Shown piece after piece: positions 1-10,027 of a stretch of DNA of 64,000 bases. The stretch covers positions 71,617 to 135,616 of the forward strand of contig VRVR01000025.1 of assembly GCA_009859145.1 (NCBI GenBank), read 5' to 3'. Position 1 is the first letter of the stretch, and every line of letters starts with the position of its first letter. The translations under genes were made by a program, and so were the position numbers. A model generated the notes under the pieces. The model did no database searches, was not told where the DNA came from, and worked only from the letters and a program-made list of their open reading frames with translations. Source of the DNA: Andalucia godoyi And28. Its lineage: Eukaryota > Protista > Jakobida.

Positions 1-1160
1 TCGGAAGCTGACAGTGGCATGGAGGACTGCGCCTCGGGCTTTGAAGCCATAGAAGAAGCGACAGAAAGTTGTTGTACGGTTCCTGTCGACAACGAATGAT
101 GGATGGGCTTGTCCTTTGTGTCTTTGGAGGGGCCAACCACCAAAGAAACGGAGCTCAATAGCTGATCTACAGAGTCCAGCTGATGCTGCATAAACAACTC
201 TGCAGGATCGGGCTGCGAATCCAACACCCGAAGATTACGAATCAAACGCTCTGCTTCGGCTGCATCTGAAACCACGGCCAGCCGTCCTGCGAGGCCCTTT
301 CGAACATTTTCAATGATGCTCTCCACATGGGCGATAACCTTGTCAAACACGTGCACTCCCTTCACAGACGAGACGAATGACTTTGCTTTTCTGTACTCCA
401 ACGAAACACGGTCATAATCGCCCTTTGCAATATTCTGCTGCACTTCCACCGGCAATCTGAACAAGAAGCTGAACCGCTTCACCAGTAACAAGACATTTCG
501 AATTCTGTCTGCCTGCGCCTTGCGCTCCAGCACTGGATTCAAAATCCTCTTTGCATCTGCCTCGACAAGCCCCATTTGCTCTGCAATGCCATCAATGTCC
601 ACTCCCTTGAACGAATTCGTAGAAATTCCATCAATGGCAACTTTGCACTGCAGGAAAAGAGACAGATTGTCCTTGACCAATTTCTGCAGCGACAACACCT
701 GCGACTGTGTGGACTTTTCAAGTGTAATAAGCCCGGACTCCAAGTCATCCAGCGACGTCTGCTGATGAACGGTGCATAGAAACTCTACTGGATCAAATGA
801 CACCGAGCTCGCATCCGTTCTTGATCCTTGTTGCCGTCGTCCAACACCGTATTTCCCACCCAACGACTGACTTCGAGGCCGTTTTGCAATCTGCAATGGA
901 TCAAATTCTTCTTCTTGAAACGCAATGTCCACCACTGGAGATATGGTCGCCTGTGCTTGTGCCTGCGCCTGTGCCTGAGCCTCGGCCCTGTCCTTGTTCT
1001 GCAATTGCGACTGCGACTGCGACTGCGACTGTGATTGCGATTGCGACTGTGACGACTTTGCTGGATTGAAATGACCGGCAGACGGAACATACAAGGATGG
1101 ATACCGTTCGGACATGTCCAACCACGACCGAGGCTCCTCCTCGTAGTAATCATCATCCAT
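1..1160 (-). CDS. EXOC2: Exocyst component Sec5/EXOC2, 5' part; runs off the left edge
   Basis: Not in the ORF track because there is no stop in the window. Manual translation from the ATG at 1160 gives MDDDYYEEEP...SFDPVEFLCTVHQQTSLDDLESGLITLEK...LQKLVKDNLSLFLQCKVAID...RFSFLFRLP...GDYD...EYRKAK, the typical Sec5/Vps51-like N-terminal region. Confidence 0.8.
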   Translation of the reverse strand, partial: MDDDYYEEEPRSWLDMSERYPSLYVPSAGHFNPAKSSQSQSQSQSQSQSQSQLQNKDRAEAQAQAQAQAQATISPVVDIAFQEEEFDPLQIAKRPRSQSLGGKYGVGRRQQGSRTDASSVSFDPVEFLCTVHQQTSLDDLESGLITLEKSTQSQVLSLQKLVKDNLSLFLQCKVAIDGISTNSFKGVDIDGIAEQMGLVEADAKRILNPVLERKAQADRIRNVLLLVKRFSFLFRLPVEVQQNIAKGDYDRVSLEYRKAKSFVSSVKGVHVFDKVIAHVESIIENVRKGLAGRLAVVSDAAEAERLIRNLRVLDSQPDPAELFMQHQLDSVDQLLSSVSLVVGPSKDTKDKPIHHSLSTGTVQQLSVASSMASKPEAQSSMPLSAS

Positions 1161-1560
1161 CTTGCACAATTACCCAAATATTAAAGTAAATTGTAATAAC
1201 AATATTACTTTTTAAATTTTCTTTATTAAAATAAAAATAAAAAAATCCAAATAAAAAAAAATACCAGAATGAAATCAATTAATGGAAAGGGAAAAGGAAA
1301 ACAAAACCAAAGGGAAATTCGATACACCTTTCACTTTTTGCACCAGTTTTCATTAAACGAAAGCATCAAAGCATCAAAAATGACTTGAAAAGGAAAAGCT
1401 TGCAAGCGAGCCTCGAGCTTTGAAGTGTCTGCGCTTTTCTCTTTCTTTCTGCTCTGTTTTGTTTTGTTTTGTTTTGTTTTTTTCATTTTTTACGAAAGCA
1501 GGAGCAAAGGGACAGAGCAAGAAGGGAGATGAAAAATTGAGAAGAAGAAAAAAATTCGCC

Positions 1561-2898
1561 ATGGGTACAGCACAAAAAGGCGGAAATGGAAGCATTGGAC
1601 TTGTTGTACTTGGAGATATGGGAAGGTCTCCGCGCATGCAATATCACGCAGTTGAGTTTTTGAAGCGTGGGTTTGATGTTCACATGATTGGCTATTGTGG
1701 ATCGGATTTTCCCACGGCGCTGTCGCAGAATCGTGGGTTTCATCCACACGCGCTGCAACCCTTTCCTTCTTATTTGGATCAACGGCTGCCGTATGTGGTC
1801 AAAGCACCCTTGAAGGCAATGTGGCTATTCGTGGTGCTGCTGGTGGCGCTGTTCACGAATCTGGTGCTGAAGTATCGACCTCGGTTGGTGCTGATTCAAA
1901 ACCCGCCGGCGATTCCATCGATTTTTTGCACCGTCTTGATCTGTCGCTTGTTCCTGTGGAAGACAAAAGTATGGATAGATTGGCACAACCTGGCACACAC
2001 TCTGACTCCTCCGAAGTTGGCCGCGCTTGCAATGATCACTGAATACTGGTGCGCTGGCTTTGCGGATTTGCATATTTGCGTGACGAATGCATTGCAAACA
2101 CACGTCGAGCATGCTCTTCCCTTGTATTCTGTAAGCCGTAGTGTATGCTGTTTTTCAATGTTCAAAAAACACAAACAGCCCGTCTCTGCGAAGAAGCTGG
2201 AAGTCGTCGTACTTCACGATCGCCCTGCAGATCGCTTCCAACCAGTTGTGTTGTCAGCAGAGAGGATTTCTATTCGACGTCGGATTGTTCCGAGCGTGGA
2301 GTGGAAAACCAGCACCGTGCTCGTCGTTTCAGGCACCTCGTGGACTCCCGACGAGGATTTCTCCATCTTGCTCAACGCAATCTCGGGGCTTGATTTGATG
2401 CTTCAGGAATGGAGCACGAGCGCTGCAATGACGTCAAGCAGGTTGCATTTTGTATTTGCCATCACTGGAAAGGGCCCTTTGAAGTCGTTCTATCAGGAGA
2501 AGATTCGCCAAATGGACTTCCAGTTCTGCACCGTTCTGACGTTGTGGCTCGCGGCGGACGACTATCCCAGCCTCCTGGCCAGTGCGGATCTCGGGGTGTG
2601 CCTGCACACGTCCTCCTCTGGACTTGACCTTCCCATGAAGGTTTTGGATATGTTTGGCTCGGGCATCCCTGCGCTAGCTGTTCATTACGACTGCCTGTCT
2701 GAACTGGTGAAGCACGGCCATAATGGGCTGGAGTTTTCCGACTGGGCCGATCTTCGTGACAGGCTGTTCAGTTTGTTTGTCGATAATCCTGCGGCTCTCC
2801 AAGAGATGACCGCGTACGTGCGGAACGTCGAGACACAAAGTCGATTTCCTCAAGAATGGGAGACCTCGGTGGGCGCCTTGCTCCCTAACGTCTCTTGA
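1561..2898 (+). CDS. ALG1: Chitobiosyldiphosphodolichol beta-1,4-mannosyltransferase
   Basis: Motifs VVLGDMGRSPRMQYHA, QNPPAIP, IDWHN, SGTSWTPDEDF, ADLGVCLHTSSSGLDLPMKVLDMFG. The likely start is the ATG at 1561; the upstream ORF extension is T/A-rich UTR-like sequence. Confidence 0.95.
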   Translation: MGTAQKGGNGSIGLVVLGDMGRSPRMQYHAVEFLKRGFDVHMIGYCGSDFPTALSQNRGFHPHALQPFPSYLDQRLPYVVKAPLKAMWLFVVLLVALFTNLVLKYRPRLVLIQNPPAIPSIFCTVLICRLFLWKTKVWIDWHNLAHTLTPPKLAALAMITEYWCAGFADLHICVTNALQTHVEHALPLYSVSRSVCCFSMFKKHKQPVSAKKLEVVVLHDRPADRFQPVVLSAERISIRRRIVPSVEWKTSTVLVVSGTSWTPDEDFSILLNAISGLDLMLQEWSTSAAMTSSRLHFVFAITGKGPLKSFYQEKIRQMDFQFCTVLTLWLAADDYPSLLASADLGVCLHTSSSGLDLPMKVLDMFGSGIPALAVHYDCLSELVKHGHNGLEFSDWADLRDRLFSLFVDNPAALQEMTAYVRNVETQSRFPQEWETSVGALLPNVS

Positions 2899-3478
2899 AC
2901 AGGAGGGCTGCAAGCACGTCGATTTTATCTTTTTTTCAATTTTTTATTATTATTATTATTTTTCCCCCTCCCTTCCTTTAAAATTTTCTTTTATCTTTTA
3001 CTCGTTTGTATCCACTTTTTCCTACATCTGTAAATCGTGAGTGGCATCCTAGCCCCTCGCCAAAACACGAATCATTCTTGATCATCGGCTAAGATGTCAC
3101 AGAAATCAGATACCAGCGACATGTGTCTTGTTTTTGATTTGGTGATCGTCGTCATCCATAATTCGAATTTTTGTTGCGAATCAGTCGCTCTCGGGGCCCC
3201 TTGGACGACTGATTTGCAGGATCGATTTGCTTGCAGCATTTTTGCAATCATACCAATTAAAAACGAATTAGAGATTGGTGCAGTGCATCGCAGGCGCGCG
3301 CGGGAAGCATCTGCTCAAGTGACTCGTGTCACGGAGAAACAGCACTCACTATCGAATATTGTCGAAATAGTACAAAACGAGAGTCGCGAAAGATCAGAGC
3401 GTTTTTCTTTTTCCTTTCTATTGTTTTCTCATTCTGTGATTTATTAAACCTCTCCTTTCTTCTTCTTTTTGCGCCACG

Positions 3479-6400
3479 ATGTTATCATTTCATGAGCAAA
3501 TTATAGCTGAAGTGAGTGCAGAAGATGGGCTTCTTGTTCTTGGCCGCGGCTTAGGGCTGGACAGCATTCTGCTGCATTTTCTCAAGGTTCATGCCCGGAA
3601 TCCATCACTTGTATTTTTGATGAACATCTCTCAGGAGGAGGAACAGTATCTTGTGGACGAGCTTGCGGCATGCGGTATTTCTCCACTGCCTAGAGTCATT
3701 TCATCGGACTTCAGCGCCGACGAGCGTGTGATGCTGTACAGACAAGGCGGATGTCTGATCGTTACTTCGAGAATCCTGGTTGTGGATTTGCTGCATCAGC
3801 GAATTCCCCCTTCGCTGCTTGGCGGTATATTGGTCTACCACGCTCACCAAGTGACGCCCGGATCAAACGAAGCATTTGTACTGAGACTCTTTCGTCAGCA
3901 GGCCCCGAGAAATGCGTTCGTAAAGGCATTCACAGACAGCCCGGAGAGTTTTTTGCACGGGTTTGCAAAGGTTCCTAAAGTGCTGGGCTCGCTTTGCGTC
4001 TCGAAGCTGTACTTGTGGCCTCGGTTTCACGCTGTTGTCTCCGATTCTCTCGAAAAACACACACCCGAAGTCGTCGAGATTACTTGCCAACTCACACCTC
4101 GAATGCAGCGGATTCAAAAGGCGATCCTCGATACGATAGTTGCCGTTATTGACGAAGTGAAGTCTATGAACAAGTCTCTGGATATTGCAGAGGTCACTTT
4201 GGAAAATGCATTGCACAAATCTTTTGATACTTTGATTCGCATGCAATTGGATCCGATATGGCACTCGGTCAGCTCCAAAACCAAGGCACTGGTGTCCGAC
4301 ATAGCGTCTCTGCGAAAGCTTCTGGACTACCTAATTCGGTATGATTGCGTTACATTTTACAGATTCTTAGAGGTTTTGCGTTCGCAGAAGCCTCTGTGGA
4401 TGTTCAGCAAGGATGCAAACAGGATATTTGAGCAAGCCCGAGATCGTTTGTTTCGCTTGAAGAAGAAGAAGCCAGCAGAGAGCATATCCTTGAAGCCTGC
4501 CAAGACAGAGATTTCGAACACACTCAAAACTGCAATGGAAGAAACAGAAGAATTGGACAGGCAAGACGACGAGCGGGATTTCGAGATCCAGCTTGTCCTG
4601 GAAGAGAATCCGAAATGGGGACTATTGAATGAGGTGATGAAGGAGATTGCAGAAGAGACCCGACGTATTTTATCTGCCTCTCAGCCTGCACCAATCGGCA
4701 CTACGTCAATGAACGTAGATAGAGTTTACGAAGACGAAGACGATGACGGTGATGATGGGGGCGACGAGGACGAGCCTGCGAGCCAGTGTGGCGCTGCAGA
4801 CTTTGTGCAATCCGCGAAACTCTCAAATGGCTGCGGTCATGCCGGCCAGAAGCATCCAGGCTCTTCTTCCTGCTGCGCTGCATCGTCGTCATCTGCCGTG
4901 GTGCCGCCCCCAAAGAAGAAGCGCAAAGTCATTTTCACTGATTCAAGTGCGTCCAATTCTGTCATTGCGGTGCACGACGAACGCGCTGTTATGTTTTTGG
5001 AGGACATTCTTGGTGCCAGTCCTCTCAGCTTAGAGTTGAATATGAAGAAGCATCCGTACTTGGTCCGGGAGTTTCATCGATGGCTCAGGAGCCGGAAACG
5101 ATCTCGAGCGATGCCTTCGGAGTCGTCTTCTGGAAGCAGGACGTTTGATCAGGAGAGGGAAGCTCTGCTGAAGCACTTTGTGAAGGGACGCGTGAACAAC
5201 AAGGCAGATGCTTATGTGAAATCAAGACGCATTGCGTCGTCGTCCTCTTCATCATCGTCGTCCTTTTCATCATCGTTGTCCACTTCCTCGCTGGACAGCA
5301 TTGGTCAGCTTTTTCAAACAAGTGAGGAATCTGCTCTTGAGCAGCTCCTCGATCGCCTGGAATCGAATTCCGCGGCTGATCGTGAAAAACGGAGGAACCG
5401 AATCGCAAACCAAGTGTCGAAGGAAATTTCCAACCTCGAGAAGAAGATCCAATCCGAAAAGGAAAAACTGCGAAAGCTGCACGGTGTGTTGGAAAATAGT
5501 ACTGCTGTTCCTTTCGCAGAGGATCTTGAGAAAAGTTTTGCAAAGTTGGAGAATCGTCGAAGAAAGCTTGTGCGAGAAATTGAGATCAAGTACTCGATCG
5601 TCTTGGAGGAACAAGAGGAAAGTTCTCGTTCAATCTCGGAGGATTCCGTCATCGAATTTATGGACTCGTTTTCGGTCTTGCAGCCAGCGCAGTCGCATGT
5701 TATCATTCCCATGTCCGGACATGGCCACTTGACTCAGGGGCTGGATGCGATACGACCACATTTTATTGTCATGATGGATCCCGATGTTACGCTTATTCGC
5801 CACATTGAGATTTTCAAAGCCCAGCACCCCGGATTTCCGCTCCGCGTCTATTTCTTGGTGTATGCACAATCCGTCGAGCATCAGAGGTATCTGACTTCGC
5901 TTCGACGCGAACAGCAAGCGTTTGAAATGCTTATTTGGGAAAAGAGCAATCTTGTGATTCCTTCCCACCCGACTCCTACCACATCTCTGGTGCACGTCGC
6001 AGTGTCGTCCAGTGCACTCTCGCTCTCATCACGAGAAGGAGGATCAGGAATATCAGAGTCTTCCCTTGGCCGATCCAAGATTCTGATTGATTTGCGCGAG
6101 TTTCGGAGTGCTCTACCGTCCATTCTGCATCAGCGAACATCTAAAATTGTCCCCCTTACCTTGGAAATTGGTGACTACATCCTGTCTCCGGAGATATGCG
6201 TCGAAAGAAAAAGCATTACCGACTTGTTTCAATCTTTAAACAGTGGTCGGCTTTACAATCAAGCTGAGTCTATGGGGCGCTACTACAAGATCCCTGTGCT
6301 GTTGATCGAGTTCGATGAAGATCGTGCATTTGCGTTGCAGAGTGTGTCGGATCTCATGGACCGAGAGTTATCCGCGACCAATATTTTGTCGAAAATCTCG

Positions 6401-6844
6401 ATTCTTGTTATGCACCACCCGCGGCTTCGAATTCTGTGGTCCAAGTCTACACACATGACTGCAGATGCGTTCCTGGCTTTGAAAACGAACCACGAAGAGC
6501 CGAATGAAGCCGAAGCGGCCTCCAAAGGCATTGACGACGGGTCTGGAACTGGTTCGGCTGCCTCTTCCGCGTCTGTGTCAGTGAGTGGCGTTGTTGCAAA
6601 TCCGCTGCGACTGGCTTCCGGAGGATCGGCCTCGAAACTGGATGCGCTTGTTACGAACGAAACGTACTCGGATGCAATCGACCTCTTGAAGAAGCTGCCG
6701 GGTGTGACGCACCATAACGTGCGGTCGATTATGAGCAAATACGAATGCTTGTTTGATCTTTTCCATGCTCCTGAAGAGGATCTTGTCGCACTGCTCGGCT
6801 CTGCGAACGGTGCCAAGCTGCACAAGTTCATCAACCAGGATTAA
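3479..6844 (+). CDS. ERCC4: DNA repair endonuclease XPF/Rad1
   Basis: N-terminal inactive SF2-like domain (VTSRILVVDLL, LYLWPRFH), ERCC4 nuclease motif (DLREFRS...GDYILSPEICVERKSITDL...GRLYNQ) and C-terminal HhH pair (LKKLPGV). Confidence 0.95.
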   Translation: MLSFHEQIIAEVSAEDGLLVLGRGLGLDSILLHFLKVHARNPSLVFLMNISQEEEQYLVDELAACGISPLPRVISSDFSADERVMLYRQGGCLIVTSRILVVDLLHQRIPPSLLGGILVYHAHQVTPGSNEAFVLRLFRQQAPRNAFVKAFTDSPESFLHGFAKVPKVLGSLCVSKLYLWPRFHAVVSDSLEKHTPEVVEITCQLTPRMQRIQKAILDTIVAVIDEVKSMNKSLDIAEVTLENALHKSFDTLIRMQLDPIWHSVSSKTKALVSDIASLRKLLDYLIRYDCVTFYRFLEVLRSQKPLWMFSKDANRIFEQARDRLFRLKKKKPAESISLKPAKTEISNTLKTAMEETEELDRQDDERDFEIQLVLEENPKWGLLNEVMKEIAEETRRILSASQPAPIGTTSMNVDRVYEDEDDDGDDGGDEDEPASQCGAADFVQSAKLSNGCGHAGQKHPGSSSCCAASSSSAVVPPPKKKRKVIFTDSSASNSVIAVHDERAVMFLEDILGASPLSLELNMKKHPYLVREFHRWLRSRKRSRAMPSESSSGSRTFDQEREALLKHFVKGRVNNKADAYVKSRRIASSSSSSSSSFSSSLSTSSLDSIGQLFQTSEESALEQLLDRLESNSAADREKRRNRIANQVSKEISNLEKKIQSEKEKLRKLHGVLENSTAVPFAEDLEKSFAKLENRRRKLVREIEIKYSIVLEEQEESSRSISEDSVIEFMDSFSVLQPAQSHVIIPMSGHGHLTQGLDAIRPHFIVMMDPDVTLIRHIEIFKAQHPGFPLRVYFLVYAQSVEHQRYLTSLRREQQAFEMLIWEKSNLVIPSHPTPTTSLVHVAVSSSALSLSSREGGSGISESSLGRSKILIDLREFRSALPSILHQRTSKIVPLTLEIGDYILSPEICVERKSITDLFQSLNSGRLYNQAESMGRYYKIPVLLIEFDEDRAFALQSVSDLMDRELSATNILSKISILVMHHPRLRILWSKSTHMTADAFLALKTNHEEPNEAEAASKGIDDGSGTGSAASSASVSVSGVVANPLRLASGGSASKLDALVTNETYSDAIDLLKKLPGVTHHNVRSIMSKYECLFDLFHAPEEDLVALLGSANGAKLHKFINQD

Positions 6845-6966
6845 GGCGGACTGCAGCAAATTGCTGAAGCTACGTTTTGACCCTTCTTTATTGTTAGAGT
6901 TGTGAATCGGCAAACACGCTGCAGATGCAAGAGGCGAAGCCATGAGCCCCTTCCCGCTCTTCGGTT

Positions 6967-7530
6967 TTAGGAAGACTGGCTGCGGATTTTCTTGATTTCC
7001 TCAAGAGTCTTGGAAACATGGTCGGAAAACGACATTTGTGAATTGAAGACGTACGCAACCTTGCCCTCTGCGTTAATCAGGTACGTAACTCGCCCAGGGA
7101 TCATTCCAAACATGGAGCTCGGAACTCCGAATTCCTTGCGCGTCTTTCCGCCCTCATCTGCCAGCAGCGGGTACTGGAGACGATGCTTGGACTTGAACTT
7201 GTTCTGTGCATCCACTGAGTCCGACGAAATCCCAATCACAACCGCACCAGCATCCACAAAGTCCTGGTACGAGTCCCGGAACGCGCATGCTTCCTTTGTG
7301 CAACTAGCCGCCTCTCGGCATCATTCGTAAGTCATTACTGTCTGGAACGCCACAAATCACGAATCGGGAAAAGTGGAAAAGGTGGAAAACCCATACCCGA
7401 AAGTGTCCGCTTTGGGATAAAAGAACAAAACGACTGGTTTTCCTCGGAATTGGGACAGTGTCACGGTTTCTCCGGCTTCGGTCTTGAGCGAAAAGTCTGG
7501 TGCGGCGTCGCCGGCTTTGATTTCCGTCAT
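6967..7530 (-). CDS. PRXQ: Peroxiredoxin Q/BCP; two exons (7530-7397, 7303-6967)
   Basis: Removing a 93-bp GTATGG...CTAG intron (7396-7304) restores FYPKADTFGCTKEACAFRD (CxxxxC), followed by IGISSD...PGRVTYLI. Confidence 0.9.
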
Positions 7531-8031
7531 TGCAACTCGTAGATTGTCTCTTTTTTTAAAAATTTCAGGTCGATGTTGGAATGAAAGATGCAAAACTTGG
7601 TTGAAAAGAGGAGGGGAAACAATCAGAATAGGGAAGGAAAAGAAAAAAAAAGAGAGGCAGAATTTCAAGAGAAGCGCTTGAACACAAAAAGAAAAGCCGC
7701 AAGTGAAAAAAAAGCCATGGTGCCGCTTTTGACAGGAGTCGACAGCAGTCTACCAATGCTTTTCGAAGAAGTCCAAGCATCAAGTCTGACCTGACCGGCA
7801 ATCCCTGCTGCATCGATTTTTTTTTAATTATTATAATAAAAACTGTACATATTGTATTTTGGCGTTTGTTTTCCAGCATCTTTCTTCTTCTGCTGTTGTT
7901 TTGCAATCGTGAATGGTGCTCGATTGCTTGGCTCTTTACTGTTAAACTTCTTTACGTGTTTCTTTTTTCTTCTTATTTTTCTTTGGTTGTTTTTGTTTTG
8001 GCGGGTGATCAAAAGAGGAGGAGGACTGAAG

Positions 8032-9570
8032 ATGAATCGTTTGGCGGTGATATCACGGCGCTACTCGAATGTTTTTTCGCAGGTTCGGTCTGTCAAGGGC
8101 GCGAATACACGGCTGTTGTTGGAGCAGAACCGCAATGAGCAAATGAAGGATCGACTTCGCAAGTTTGGGTTTGTGCGAAGCGTGTCATCGTCACAACTGT
8201 CTGCATCTAAACGGAAGACCTCGAATGAAAGTGCGAGTGCGGGTGGAGATACGACTGTTTCCAGTGGCTCGACGGTACTGGACGGGAGTGCAATGCACAG
8301 TGCGACGGTCGCGAGTAGCTCTGGAGTGAGTGGAAAGCGGCCGAGTGATTCGTGGCGGGAGTTGCAGCTTCCGTTCTCGACGGATGTGGCGATGCGTCAG
8401 TTCTACATGAATCCCTACGGAGATATCCGCGTGGGAATGCTTCTGGAAGATCTGGACTCGATGGCTGGGCTCATTGCATACGAGCATTCAGATGGGTTCG
8501 AGCGCGATCTGACCGTTGTGACAGCGTCGCTGGATCGCCTGGAGTTCCAAAGACCGTTATCGCAATTTCAGGATGTCATTTTAAGAGGATGTGTGACATA
8601 TGTCGGACATTCTTCCATGGAGGTTCGCATTGATATTTTGCAGGTCATGGACGATCAGCCTGGTACCGCAGCCAGCGCCACAGTCAGTGCCACAGAGGCT
8701 GTGGATGTGTTTCTCGAGAATGGCGAAAAGGCATCGGCAAACGCACCGAGGACATACGACCCTTCCAAACTCGTGTTCTGCTCGACATCGCTCTTCACGA
8801 TGGTTGCTCGTGATGGGAACAAGGCGGCTCCCGTTCCGCCTTTGGTGTGCCATTCGCGACAGGAAAGAGACCGTTTTGAACAAGGCATCGTGAACAAGAT
8901 TAGACGAAAGGAGTCTGCAAAGAAGAGCTTGGACGTGACTCCTCCGACTTTGGAAGAAAACGATTTTGTGCATTGGCTGTTCTTGGCGCAGAAGAAAATG
9001 ACGCTGGAGAGCCAGCTGCTGAAGTCTCGGTCCGAGAAGGCTGCCACACTCGGAGTACCGCTATCTGCCGGCTCCAGATGGATGTCGATGAAAGACACTA
9101 CTCTGGATTCGCACGTGCTGATGCAGCCGCAAAACCGCAACGTTCACGGAAAGGTCTTTGGAGGATTTCTGCTGCGTCTAGCGTATGAATTGGGGTTCAT
9201 GTCCGCTCAATGCTTTTTGGGATCCAGACCTCTGTTCTTGTCACTCGATGACAACACGTTCTTGCGCGCAGTCGAAGTGGGCTCGATTGTTCAATTTTCT
9301 GCACGTGTGGTGCTGAGAGAAAAGGAGCATGTTGTGGTCCGCGTTGTTGCACAGCCCATCAATCCCATGGATCGCACTAAATTCATCGCAAATGTTTTCC
9401 ATTTTACCTTCCGCGACCAGCAGTGGACTGGAGACAGCAACTGTCGAGTTCTGTATCCAGAAACGCTGGAAGAAGCCAATCAGTGCATCGAAGGCAAGAG
9501 AGTGCTTGACCAGGGTCAGCACCTGAAGGAATCCTTGCGCGAACCCTTGGAAATTCCGTCCCCTGTCTGA
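8032..9570 (+). CDS. ACOT9: Acyl-CoA thioesterase 9-like (double hotdog fold), probably mitochondrial
   Basis: YMNPYGDIRVGMLLEDLDSMAG, VTASLDRL, MQPQNRNVHGKVFGGFLLRLAYELG. The Arg/Ser-rich N-terminus resembles a presequence. Confidence 0.85.
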   Translation: MNRLAVISRRYSNVFSQVRSVKGANTRLLLEQNRNEQMKDRLRKFGFVRSVSSSQLSASKRKTSNESASAGGDTTVSSGSTVLDGSAMHSATVASSSGVSGKRPSDSWRELQLPFSTDVAMRQFYMNPYGDIRVGMLLEDLDSMAGLIAYEHSDGFERDLTVVTASLDRLEFQRPLSQFQDVILRGCVTYVGHSSMEVRIDILQVMDDQPGTAASATVSATEAVDVFLENGEKASANAPRTYDPSKLVFCSTSLFTMVARDGNKAAPVPPLVCHSRQERDRFEQGIVNKIRRKESAKKSLDVTPPTLEENDFVHWLFLAQKKMTLESQLLKSRSEKAATLGVPLSAGSRWMSMKDTTLDSHVLMQPQNRNVHGKVFGGFLLRLAYELGFMSAQCFLGSRPLFLSLDDNTFLRAVEVGSIVQFSARVVLREKEHVVVRVVAQPINPMDRTKFIANVFHFTFRDQQWTGDSNCRVLYPETLEEANQCIEGKRVLDQGQHLKESLREPLEIPSPV

Positions 9571-9585
9571 AGCGGTGGCTCCAGG

Positions 9586-9927
9586 CGGGTGTCTACATTG
9601 TACACTACACATGGTGAATCGTTGCTGGCCGTCGGTCTTGCACCTGAACACCGAATGCGAATTTTCAATTCAGGAAGCAGGGACAGGCCCCAGTACGCTG
9701 AAGCGTTCTTCAGATCGATGTTTTGCGCACCGTTCCAGAAGGGGCATCGGAATGACGATGGACTGGCATGAATGGAACGAGAAGAAAAAGGCCAAGCGGA
9801 AGAGCATTGTCTGGATCTTAGGGGGAGTGGGGGGAAAGCAGAGCAAAGAGTTTCGTTGCATGGATAGCACCAAGTGCGTGGTTTGCTTTTTTTGCGAGCA
9901 GTGCGATGGGCGTCAAGGCTCACTTGC
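9586..9927 (-). mobile_element. Non-autonomous Fanzor/TnpB-derived element, family B copy 1
   Basis: Near-identical inverted copy of 25652-25994. It encodes the remnant FRCPFWNGAQNIDLKN and ends in AGTGTACAATGTAGAC. Confidence 0.65.
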
Positions 9928-10027
9928 CTGTCCCGGGTCTTAATAGCGGTAAACCGAGAGAGGGAGGGGGAGAGACAGAAGACGTGAAATTTTTGTCTTA
10001 GCTCCTAAGTCATTCACTGATAAGAAT

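Noticed and set aside
1420-1560. Long hydrophobic N-terminal ORF extensions (also on ACOT9, HSP20, the first GNAT and the FNIP gene)
   Set aside because: They start at non-ATG codons or run through T/A-rich or microsatellite UTR sequence. Downstream ATGs match the family N-termini.
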